From Candidatus Hydrogenedens sp. (GTDB taxonomy: Bacteria > Hydrogenedentota > Hydrogenedentia > Hydrogenedentales > Hydrogenedentaceae), in contig JBMFRC010000042.1 of NCBI GenBank assembly GCA_049968235.1, positions 1 through 5,549 on the forward strand: a stretch of DNA of 5,549 nt, in the 5' to 3' direction. Both the position numbers and the translations under genes were made by a program. The notes under the pieces are model-generated. The model had not been told where the DNA came from and did not search any database. It saw only the letters and a program-made list of their open reading frames with translations. Numbering within the stretch: the stretch's first letter is position 1; the number at the start of each line of letters is the position of its first letter. Of the stretch, positions 1 to 5,549 are shown one piece after another.

Positions 1-396
<396 letters not shown>

Positions 397-500
397 ATGT
401 TATCATAAGCCAGATATATTCCCTACGAGTTCATGTCGCTTATTCTTGCACTCCTTGCATTCGCTGTCGAAAGTTTTTATAAAGTTTAATATATAAGTTT

Positions 501-617
<117 letters not shown>

Positions 618-632
618 TTTTTATTTAAACTG

Positions 633-688
633 TGATGAGATGAAAAATCCATACCTTTTACCAGATTATCATCTCATTTTGTTTTTTT
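633..688 (+). terminator. Putative rrn operon terminator (hairpin + T-run)
   Basis: Inverted repeat 'gatgagatga' (634-643) / 'tcatctcatt' (669-678): 9 Watson-Crick pairs plus a G-U. It is immediately followed by 'ttgttttttt' (679-688). The loop is unusually long (~25 nt), so confidence is moderate. Confidence 0.4.
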
Positions 689-838
689 AGTGCAGGTCTA
701 AATTATTATAAATATAAAATAAGGCTACGATTTGTTTTATACTTATATTATATGAGATGTAAATAATTGTAAATTCTACAATTTATTTTCTCCTTCCACT
801 ACTTATAATTGCTTTATACTCCTCCAAAATTTTGTTTC

Positions 839-867
839 TTGATGCATAATTCATATAGAATTATAAA
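839..867 (+). promoter_or_regulatory. Possible sigma70-type promoter for the isomerase gene: TTGATG, 17-nt spacer, TATAAA
   Basis: 'ttgatg' at 839-844, a 17-nt spacer, then 'tataaa' at 862-867, ~25 nt upstream of the ATG at 891. The SD-like 'aaggga' lies ~9 nt before the ATG. The region is very AT-rich, so chance matches are likely. Confidence 0.25.
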
Positions 868-890
868 AACATAACATAAGGGAAATATCT

Positions 891-2396
891 ATGAATACAT
901 CAAATCAAGAATCAAAAAAGTTTTCGTCCTGTTTCTCAGGTTGTTCACGCAGGCAATTCATTCTGGCTTCGGCAGGTATGGTGGCAGTGGCTAATCTGCC
1001 GATTTATGGGAAATCTATTGTTGAGCAGGGACCCTTGGCTGAGTTACAGATTAAGAGTAAGGTTAGGGTAGGAAAAATGTATGTCGGTATTCCCAGCCCC
1101 GGTTGGCCTATGCATCTGGTTGACCTGAAAGCGGAAGTAAACCGATATGAACAGGAAATATCGAAACTCAAAGAACAACTTGCTGATATTGAATTTGTGG
1201 AAGGTGGGCTGGTTACAAATCAAGATGAACTTGCAAAAGCAAAAGAAAAGTTTGGGGATGTGACGGGGATATTGGTTCTGCATCTGACTTTAGGCACAGG
1301 CGGGCTGATTTCAGGGTTGTTTGACATGAACAAGCCTGTGATGATTTTTACCATGCCGTATTGTGGGCATGAATGGCATATTGTTCCATCGTGGCAGAGG
1401 GAAGGAAAAATTGTGGATATAGTTCCAAGCAGTCAATATGCAGATATTGCTGAAGCGGTGAAACCGTTCCGTGCTATTCAAAGACTAAAAGAGACACGAA
1501 TACTCCATGTAAACTATGGTGAAGCAGACCCGCAATATTGTGCTTCTATTAAGGAGAAATTTGGAACTGAAATCATTACAGTAACACTTCCGGAACTTGA
1601 AAAGGCTTACGAGGAAGCATCCGAAGAAGAGGTGCTTGCTGATACAGAAAGATGGATTAAAGAAGCGGAGAAAATTGTTGAGCCCGGTAATGAAGATATA
1701 AAAAAAGGGGCGAGAATGTATATTGCTATGAAGAATCTTATGAAGAATTACAAGGCACAAGCCATTACAATGAATTGTTTAGGTATGAAATTAATGGAAA
1801 GGAATATGGGCTATCCGTGTTTAGGCTTTGTTCGATTAAATAATTCCTTGCTTGCAGGTGTGTGTGAGGCAGACCTGAAATCTACAATGACACAACTACT
1901 ATTTACCTATCTCGTGGGACGCACAGGTTTTGTTACTGACCCGATGTTTGACCTTTCAAATAATACAATCATACATGCCCATTGTGTCGCAGCGACACAG
2001 ATGAAAGGTCCGAATACCGAGCCTTCCCCTTACATAGTGAGAACTCATTTAGAGGACAATAGAGGCGTTTCACTGCAAGTGAAGATGCCTGTCGGCGAAA
2101 AAGTAACTATGGCACGACTAATAGGTAGCGATATATTGCTGTATAGCACCGGTGATGCCATCGATAGTCCACTTGAAGAGCGTGGCTGTAGAAGTAAATT
2201 AACGGTAAAAGTGGATAATATAGATAATTTCCTATATAACTGGTCATGTGGACTACATCGTGTAATCTTTTATGGTGACCACACAAGGGATATAGAACGC
2301 TATTGCAGGTTAACAAGAATTAAAATCCTCCGCGAAGGGATTGATAATCTCCATCATGTCGAAGGACTTGAATGGAACCCCAATGTCCATGCATAG
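891..2396 (+). CDS. L-arabinose/L-fucose isomerase family (AraA/FucI superfamily) sugar isomerase with N-terminal twin-arginine (Tat) signal peptide
   Basis: 501-aa ORF with ATG at 891 and TAG at 2394-2396. The N-terminus 'SCFSGCSRRQFILASAGMVAVANLPIYG' is a canonical Tat motif (S-R-R-x-F-[IL]) followed by a hydrophobic h-region. The core 'GVCEADLKSTMTQLLFTYLVGRTGFVTDPMFD' resembles the AraA metal-site motif 'GEGDWKTAALLRIM...TSFMEDYTY', and 'TIIHAHCVAATQM' resembles the AraA His-containing strand. Antisense ORFs inside it are AT-rich junk. Confidence 0.8.
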   Translation: MNTSNQESKKFSSCFSGCSRRQFILASAGMVAVANLPIYGKSIVEQGPLAELQIKSKVRVGKMYVGIPSPGWPMHLVDLKAEVNRYEQEISKLKEQLADIEFVEGGLVTNQDELAKAKEKFGDVTGILVLHLTLGTGGLISGLFDMNKPVMIFTMPYCGHEWHIVPSWQREGKIVDIVPSSQYADIAEAVKPFRAIQRLKETRILHVNYGEADPQYCASIKEKFGTEIITVTLPELEKAYEEASEEEVLADTERWIKEAEKIVEPGNEDIKKGARMYIAMKNLMKNYKAQAITMNCLGMKLMERNMGYPCLGFVRLNNSLLAGVCEADLKSTMTQLLFTYLVGRTGFVTDPMFDLSNNTIIHAHCVAATQMKGPNTEPSPYIVRTHLEDNRGVSLQVKMPVGEKVTMARLIGSDILLYSTGDAIDSPLEERGCRSKLTVKVDNIDNFLYNWSCGLHRVIFYGDHTRDIERYCRLTRIKILREGIDNLHHVEGLEWNPNVHA

Positions 2397-2624
2397 ATTA
2401 TTGAAAAGAAACAAAGGATGAAATTATATTTTCCTGTTGTATTTTATTGCAAAAAAAAATTGAACAACAAAACCCTGCATAACAAAGTTAAATAATTTAA
2501 CAGCAATTCTTTATTTGCACATTCTTTAAATTTATGAAGTTATATACTGCCAAAATATATCACAATTTAATTGTTAACATAAATTTATTTTGAGAGTTCT
2601 TTTTGTTTTGTCGTCATTTTTGAA

Positions 2625-3398
2625 TCAATCGTTTTTTTTAATAGTCTCTGCCAATTCTATTTCATCAAATAAGGTTTTCCAGCCTATTACAGGTACGCCA
2701 TCTTTTATTTCTGGCGGAGAATGGTGCTTAAGTATTACGAGTATAGGGATGGACATTCTTCCTAATATTTCAGATTGAGCCTTAATTTTATTGATTTTAT
2801 TGGTTATAGTAAAACTACGTTTAGATACTTTGCAAGCTATTACTAAATAGCTTTGTTCAAAAACACAGGCTATATCTATTTCACTTTTAAATGCATGGCC
2901 TTGATATTCTTCATTTATGTTTCTCTGATTCTCTTCTGACCATTTTGTTTTTATCCCTAATCGAATTTGCTTACAACCTATTTTCTCAAATGCAAATGCG
3001 GTTAATTCTTCAAAAAAGTGTCCATCACTCCTCTTAGCCTCTAATATGTGGTCAATATCATTATCTATTTCTTCTGCAGTTAATATTTTATTCTTCAATA
3101 CTTTATCTTTTAAGTTTTTGAATTTGGTAATGAAATTTTGGTAGAGACTTTTTTTGTCATTATTCAATGTTTTCCCTATATTTTTGATATCATCTTTCAT
3201 TTGTAATACTATTACTAAAGGAGGTTCCTTTAATGGTATTTTTTCAGAACCATCTAATAAATCAATGGTATTAGTACTATTATTAATAGAATATATCTTT
3301 CCATGTTGTTTTATTCCCCAAAAACTTAGTACTCCAGCATGAGATTTTGGTCCGGGTGTTATATTTATGATTGCTTCTCCATTCCCAAACATCTTCAT
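2625..3398 (-). CDS. Hypothetical protein; C-terminal half resembles an Mrr-type PD-(D/E)xK restriction-endonuclease fold (possible nuclease effector)
   Basis: 257-aa ORF, 77 nt downstream of the CARF gene on the same strand. Segment 'FEELTAFAFEKIGCKQIRLG...QGHAFKSEIDIACVFEQSYLVIACKVSKRSFTITNK...ILGRMSIPILVIL' matches the Mrr_cat layout: a helix with FE..l....L...GY, a Gly + hhhD strand (EIDIA), then hh.xCK (IACK). Motif III has Ala where Q/E is usual. The N-terminal ~110 aa (K-rich linker) is of unknown function. Weak RBS. Confidence 0.6.
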   Translation of the reverse strand: MKMFGNGEAIINITPGPKSHAGVLSFWGIKQHGKIYSINNSTNTIDLLDGSEKIPLKEPPLVIVLQMKDDIKNIGKTLNNDKKSLYQNFITKFKNLKDKVLKNKILTAEEIDNDIDHILEAKRSDGHFFEELTAFAFEKIGCKQIRLGIKTKWSEENQRNINEEYQGHAFKSEIDIACVFEQSYLVIACKVSKRSFTITNKINKIKAQSEILGRMSIPILVILKHHSPPEIKDGVPVIGWKTLFDEIELAETIKKND

Positions 3399-3475
3399 AT
3401 TATATAAATTAAATCCTGTAATATCTGTTGGTAATGATTGTAAGCCTCTTACTTGATTCGGTAAATTAATTTTAC

Positions 3476-3976
3476 CTATTTAATTTTTTCGATAACTTTA
3501 TTCACCCGTGAATCATCATAAGTATAAATTATACAAAGATTTGAATAGTTGTGAGTATACATCACCTTCAAGGTGTTTATTAATTCAGGACTCATTACAA
3601 CATATAAAGTAGAACCTTCTTTAGGTTCTTTTATTATTTCTGGTGAATTTATTTTTTTTGATAAATCAACAGAAAATGTAGATTTATTATTTGTTTTCTC
3701 TAAATAATTTCCAAATTCATTGAGATTACTAAATATTTTAACATCTCCTATTGCCTCTGATTGAAATCTTTCCTTAGTCCTAGTATCTTTAGTCTTAGGA
3801 TATTTTTTAATGATAATAGTTTCATAACTATGAAGTTCTTTTAACTGTTTACGATCCTTTCCACAAAATGCGATAATTTTACGAACTTTGTCTAATTCGT
3901 ATGAATCTATACTTATTATAAGTTTTAAGAAATTATTTTTAGAGATAATAAAATCGAATACAATATTTTCAAGCAT
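3476..3976 (-). CDS. C-terminal fragment (166 aa from first ATG) of the frameshifted CARF-domain protein; C-terminal domain of unknown function
   Basis: ORF from ATG 3976 to the stop at 3476. The same frame stays open upstream to 4192 with protein-like sequence and no canonical start, so the true gene is longer. Contains 'DRKQLKELH' (R-x6-H), a weak HEPN-like hint only. Confidence 0.45.
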   Translation of the reverse strand: MLENIVFDFIISKNNFLKLIISIDSYELDKVRKIIAFCGKDRKQLKELHSYETIIIKKYPKTKDTRTKERFQSEAIGDVKIFSNLNEFGNYLEKTNNKSTFSVDLSKKINSPEIIKEPKEGSTLYVVMSPELINTLKVMYTHNYSNLCIIYTYDDSRVNKVIEKIK

Positions 3977-4295
3977 TATCGCCGTAGATGATTGTTTTCC
4001 TGCTTCCCGTGGTATTTTTAATGATTTAAAATTCCCTTCTCTTTGTTTACATTTATATTCAACTCCCTGGATAGCTAAAATATCTAAAGGTTCTAACTCA
4101 ATACAAGGATTTAATTCTTTATATTCACCATTATTTAAGTTAAGAGACCATATAGATTCCCTTTCTGAATATATGAAGTTTAAATGGGGGGATTAAATGT
4201 TTTTAAGTATTGAAAGACAAAACTGGCAACCTGATGGTTCATCCCTCCAGCCAGATTGAAATATATCTCCTCATCTTTATCAACAGGGATGTCTT

Positions 4296-4508
4296 TTATA
4301 TTAAAAATTGGAGCGACAATTTGTTTTGAATTTCTAATTTTGGATTCTGTTTTAACAACTGAGAAGAGATTTTATCTGTTTGTTCAGCAGTTATTTCTGT
4401 ATGTAAAAGTAAAAATTTGCATCGCGATTTTTCTAAATTTAATACAGATAGAGCAGAGTTTAGTGTTCCCATAACCTGTGTACCTACAAAAGAAATAAAT
4501 TGAGCCAT
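4296..4508 (-). CDS. N-terminal fragment (70 aa) of the frameshifted CARF-domain protein, as an ORF caller would report it
   Basis: ATG at 4508 preceded by 'aggagattaaaa'. Encodes CARF beta1-alpha1-beta2 ('FISFVGTQ...CKFLLLHTEITAEQ'). Terminates at TAA 4296-4298 only because of the upstream frameshift. Confidence 0.5.
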   Translation of the reverse strand: MAQFISFVGTQVMGTLNSALSVLNLEKSRCKFLLLHTEITAEQTDKISSQLLKQNPKLEIQNKLSLQFLI

Positions 4509-4514
4509 TTTTAA

Positions 4515-4520
4515 TCTCCT
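4515..4520 (-). promoter_or_regulatory. Shine-Dalgarno sequence (AGGAGA) of the CARF gene
   Basis: + strand 'tctcct' is 'aggaga' on the - strand, 7 nt upstream of the ATG at 4508. Confidence 0.6.
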
Positions 4521-4563
4521 ATATTCAATTTAATTAACTTTTAATTTATTTTATCTCTATTAT

Positions 4564-4605
4564 GTTATTAAATCAAAAAAATAGCCCTCTGTGCGGGGAA
4601 AATCC
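4564..4605 (-). terminator. Rho-independent terminator of the PASTA-domain gene
   Basis: Perfect 11-bp inverted repeat 'atagccctctg' (4571-4581) / 'cagagggctat' (4595-4605) with a 13-nt loop. On the - strand the stem is followed by a T7 run (A-run 4564-4570 on +). It lies 54 nt downstream of the stop at 4659. Confidence 0.65.
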
Positions 4606-4658
4606 AGAGGGCTATGTATGTTGTGACAGAAAGTTTTCTCCCTGATGGGACTGAATGT

Positions 4659-5549
4659 TTAATTGTGCGTGTGTTTGCGTTTCCGTGTTTGAACGAGGAG
4701 TAGTCCGGAAAGGATAGTTAGCATTACCCAATCGCCTGTGTTGGAGTTATCCGATGAACTATGGGTTCCACAAGAAACGATAAATCTGCGTTTCTTACCC
4801 TTGCTAACAATTAAATCCACAGGGGTATCCTTTGCAACTCGCGCACCTGCTTCTGGCGCCTGACTAATTACACTTCCTTTTGGAACAGTGTCACTATATT
4901 CTTGTTTAATCGTTCCTACAGTAAGTCCGGAAGCAATTATTTTTGTTCTTGCATCCTGTTCTGTCATCCCAACCACATTGGGTACTGAGATAGGGCATGG
5001 ACCTGTAGAAACTACGAGATTTACTGATGTTCTTTTATTAACTGTTTGTGCTGGTAATGGACTCTGACTAATAACATTTCCTTCAGGAACGGTATCACTA
5101 CATTGTCTTGTTATGCTTCCCACAACCAGTCCTATGGATGTTATTTGTTCGATTGCTGATGTCTCGGAACTACCAATTAGATATGGAACTGTAACCTTTT
5201 CGACTTCACCTTCCACGATACCTTCCGGAGTACCCTCTGGTGTCCCTTCGGGAGTTCCTTCCACGACGCCTTCCGGAGTACCGTCGGGCGTACCTTCCGG
5301 GGTCCCTTCCACGACGCCTTCCGGAGTTCCCTCTGGCGTTCCTTCGGGCGTTCCTTCAACCACACCTTCCGGTGTACCTTCTGGCGTGCCTTCTGGAGTA
5401 CCTTCGACTACACCTTCGGGGGTGCCTTCCGGCGTCCCTTCTGGCGTTCCTTCACCTTCTACAACTCCTTCTCCTTCTGGAGTGCCTTCGCCTTCAGGAC
5501 ATGGTCCTGTGGATACCCAAAGATTCACTAATGTTCCTACCTCTACAGT
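4659..5549 (-). CDS. PASTA-domain repeat protein (N-terminus outside the window; PknB-like Ser/Thr kinase or PBP-associated sensor not decidable), with a PEGT-rich repetitive linker and a C-terminal hydrophobic/basic tail
   Basis: The reading frame is open to the window edge. The listed GTG at 5526-5528 is not the real start: upstream codons continue '...TVEVGTL'. Two full PASTA units: 'VPYLIGSSETSAIEQITSIGLVVGSITRQCSDTVPEGNVISQSPLPAQTVNKRTSVNLVVSTGPCP' and 'VPNVVGMTEQDARTKIIASGLTVGTIKQEYSDTVPKGSVISQAPEAGARVAKDTPVDLIVSKG'. These match the PASTA consensus (vP.vvG.t..eA...l...Gl.v......s..v..G.Vi.Q.P.aG..v..g..V.L.vS.G). A third unit ends '...NLWVSTGPCP' at the window edge. The C-terminus is '...SSSDNSNTGDWVMLTILSGLLLVQTRKRKHTHN'. 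Confidence 0.85.
   Translation of the reverse strand, partial: TVEVGTLVNLWVSTGPCPEGEGTPEGEGVVEGEGTPEGTPEGTPEGVVEGTPEGTPEGTPEGVVEGTPEGTPEGTPEGVVEGTPEGTPDGTPEGVVEGTPEGTPEGTPEGIVEGEVEKVTVPYLIGSSETSAIEQITSIGLVVGSITRQCSDTVPEGNVISQSPLPAQTVNKRTSVNLVVSTGPCPISVPNVVGMTEQDARTKIIASGLTVGTIKQEYSDTVPKGSVISQAPEAGARVAKDTPVDLIVSKGKKRRFIVSCGTHSSSDNSNTGDWVMLTILSGLLLVQTRKRKHTHN
5190..5507 (-). repeat. Imperfect 48-nt tandem repeat (~5-6 copies) inside the PASTA gene, encoding (TPEG)3-VVEG linker units
   Basis: Protein 'EGTPEGTPEGTPEGVVEG' is reiterated. On the + strand the recurring unit is 'ccttccggagtaccctctggtgtcccttcgggagttccttccacgacg' with synonymous third-position variation between copies. The RK-rich ORF 5177..5365 is an alternative-frame artefact of this repeat. 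Confidence 0.8.

Larger units (their letters stand above)
3476..4508 (-). pseudogene. CARF-domain (Csm6/Csx1-like cyclic-oligoadenylate sensor family) protein gene, disrupted by two -1 frameshifts; reconstructed product ~345 aa
   Basis: Three consecutive open frames on the - strand: (a) 4508..4296, 'MAQFISFVGTQVMGTLNSALSVLNLEKSRCKFLLLHTEITAEQTDK...'; (b) ~4371..4183, '...IVAPIFNIKDIPVDKDEEIYFNLAGGMNHQVASFVFQYLKTFNPPI*'; (c) 4192..3476, 'SPHLNFIYSERESIWSL...KIPREAGKQSSTAIMLENIVFDF...EKIK*'. Frame (c) is stop-free for 72 codons upstream of the first ATG at 3976. Segments (a)+(b) reproduce CARF hallmarks (compare T. thermophilus Csm6 'VHTLGTSPEA...VYVLHTPESA...ALDLTSGTKAMSAG'): the beta1 'ISFVGTQ', 'LLLHTE', and the ligand-loop 'FNLAGGMNHQVAS'. 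Inserting one C into the C6 run (+ strand G6 at 4186-4191) fuses (b) to (c). Inserting one A near 4325-4335 fuses (a) to (b). Strong SD 'aggaga' lies 7 nt before the ATG at 4508. Confidence 0.6.

Noticed and set aside
397-500. Looked for tRNA genes in the 23S-5S spacer and after the 5S
   Set aside because: No GC-rich cloverleaf-capable segment is present. Both regions are AT-rich and lack acceptor/T-arm signatures.
1044-2316. Three - strand ORFs (1044..1283, 1485..1760, 2107..2316)
   Set aside because: Antisense to the well-supported 501-aa isomerase gene. F/L/I/K-rich low-complexity translations typical of AT-rich antisense frames.
2487-2501. AT palindrome 'gttaaat-a-atttaac' (and 'acaattt-aattgt' at ~2562-2574) in the convergent intergenic region
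   Set aside because: Short all-A/T palindromes are expected by chance at this composition. No flanking GC stem or T-run is present to call terminators. Left unannotated.
2397-2624. Terminator for the isomerase gene or the 257-aa gene
   Set aside because: Only weak 5-bp inverted repeats around an A9 run (~2440-2470). No convincing stem-loop + U-tract could be supported.
2590-4474. + strand ORFs 2590..2778, 3154..3342, 3888..4196, 4256..4474
   Set aside because: Each overlaps, in antisense, the - strand CARF or nuclease-like genes. They have no RBS or family resemblance. The - strand frames carry the recognisable domains.
5177-5365. 62-aa RK-rich ORF on the - strand
   Set aside because: Alternative reading frame of the 48-nt tandem repeat inside the PASTA gene. 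Its periodic sequence is a by-product of the repeat.
5190-5507. Possible CRISPR array (regular direct repeats)
   Set aside because: Period is 48 nt with no unique spacers. It is in-frame coding sequence of the PASTA protein with synonymous variation between copies. No other CRISPR-like repeat-spacer structure is seen in the window.

Overview
The window starts in the 3' end of a 23S rRNA gene (+ strand), followed after a ~100-nt spacer by a 5S rRNA and a hairpin+T-run terminator; there is no tRNA in the spacer. Next comes a + strand gene for an AraA/FucI-family sugar isomerase that carries an N-terminal twin-arginine (Tat) signal. A markedly AT-poorer-in-GC stretch (~2400-4560) is read on the - strand. 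It holds a gene whose N-terminus is a clear CARF (CRISPR-associated Rossmann fold) ligand-sensing domain, strong SD included, but the gene is broken into three frames by two single-base frameshifts, one of them at a G6/C6 homopolymer. Downstream of it is a 257-aa gene whose C-terminal half looks like an Mrr-type PD-(D/E)xK restriction-endonuclease fold. No CRISPR array or cas gene is visible, so this looks like an orphan or cargo CARF-sensor/nuclease module in a low-GC islet. The right end holds a - strand gene, truncated by the window edge, for a multi-PASTA-domain protein. Its PASTA units are separated by a 48-nt tandem repeat encoding (TPEG)3VVEG, each ends in GPCP, and the protein finishes with a hydrophobic+RKRK tail that resembles a C-terminal sorting signal. 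A clean Rho-independent terminator follows that gene. The remaining ORFs in the six-frame track are artefacts inside rRNA or antisense to the real genes.
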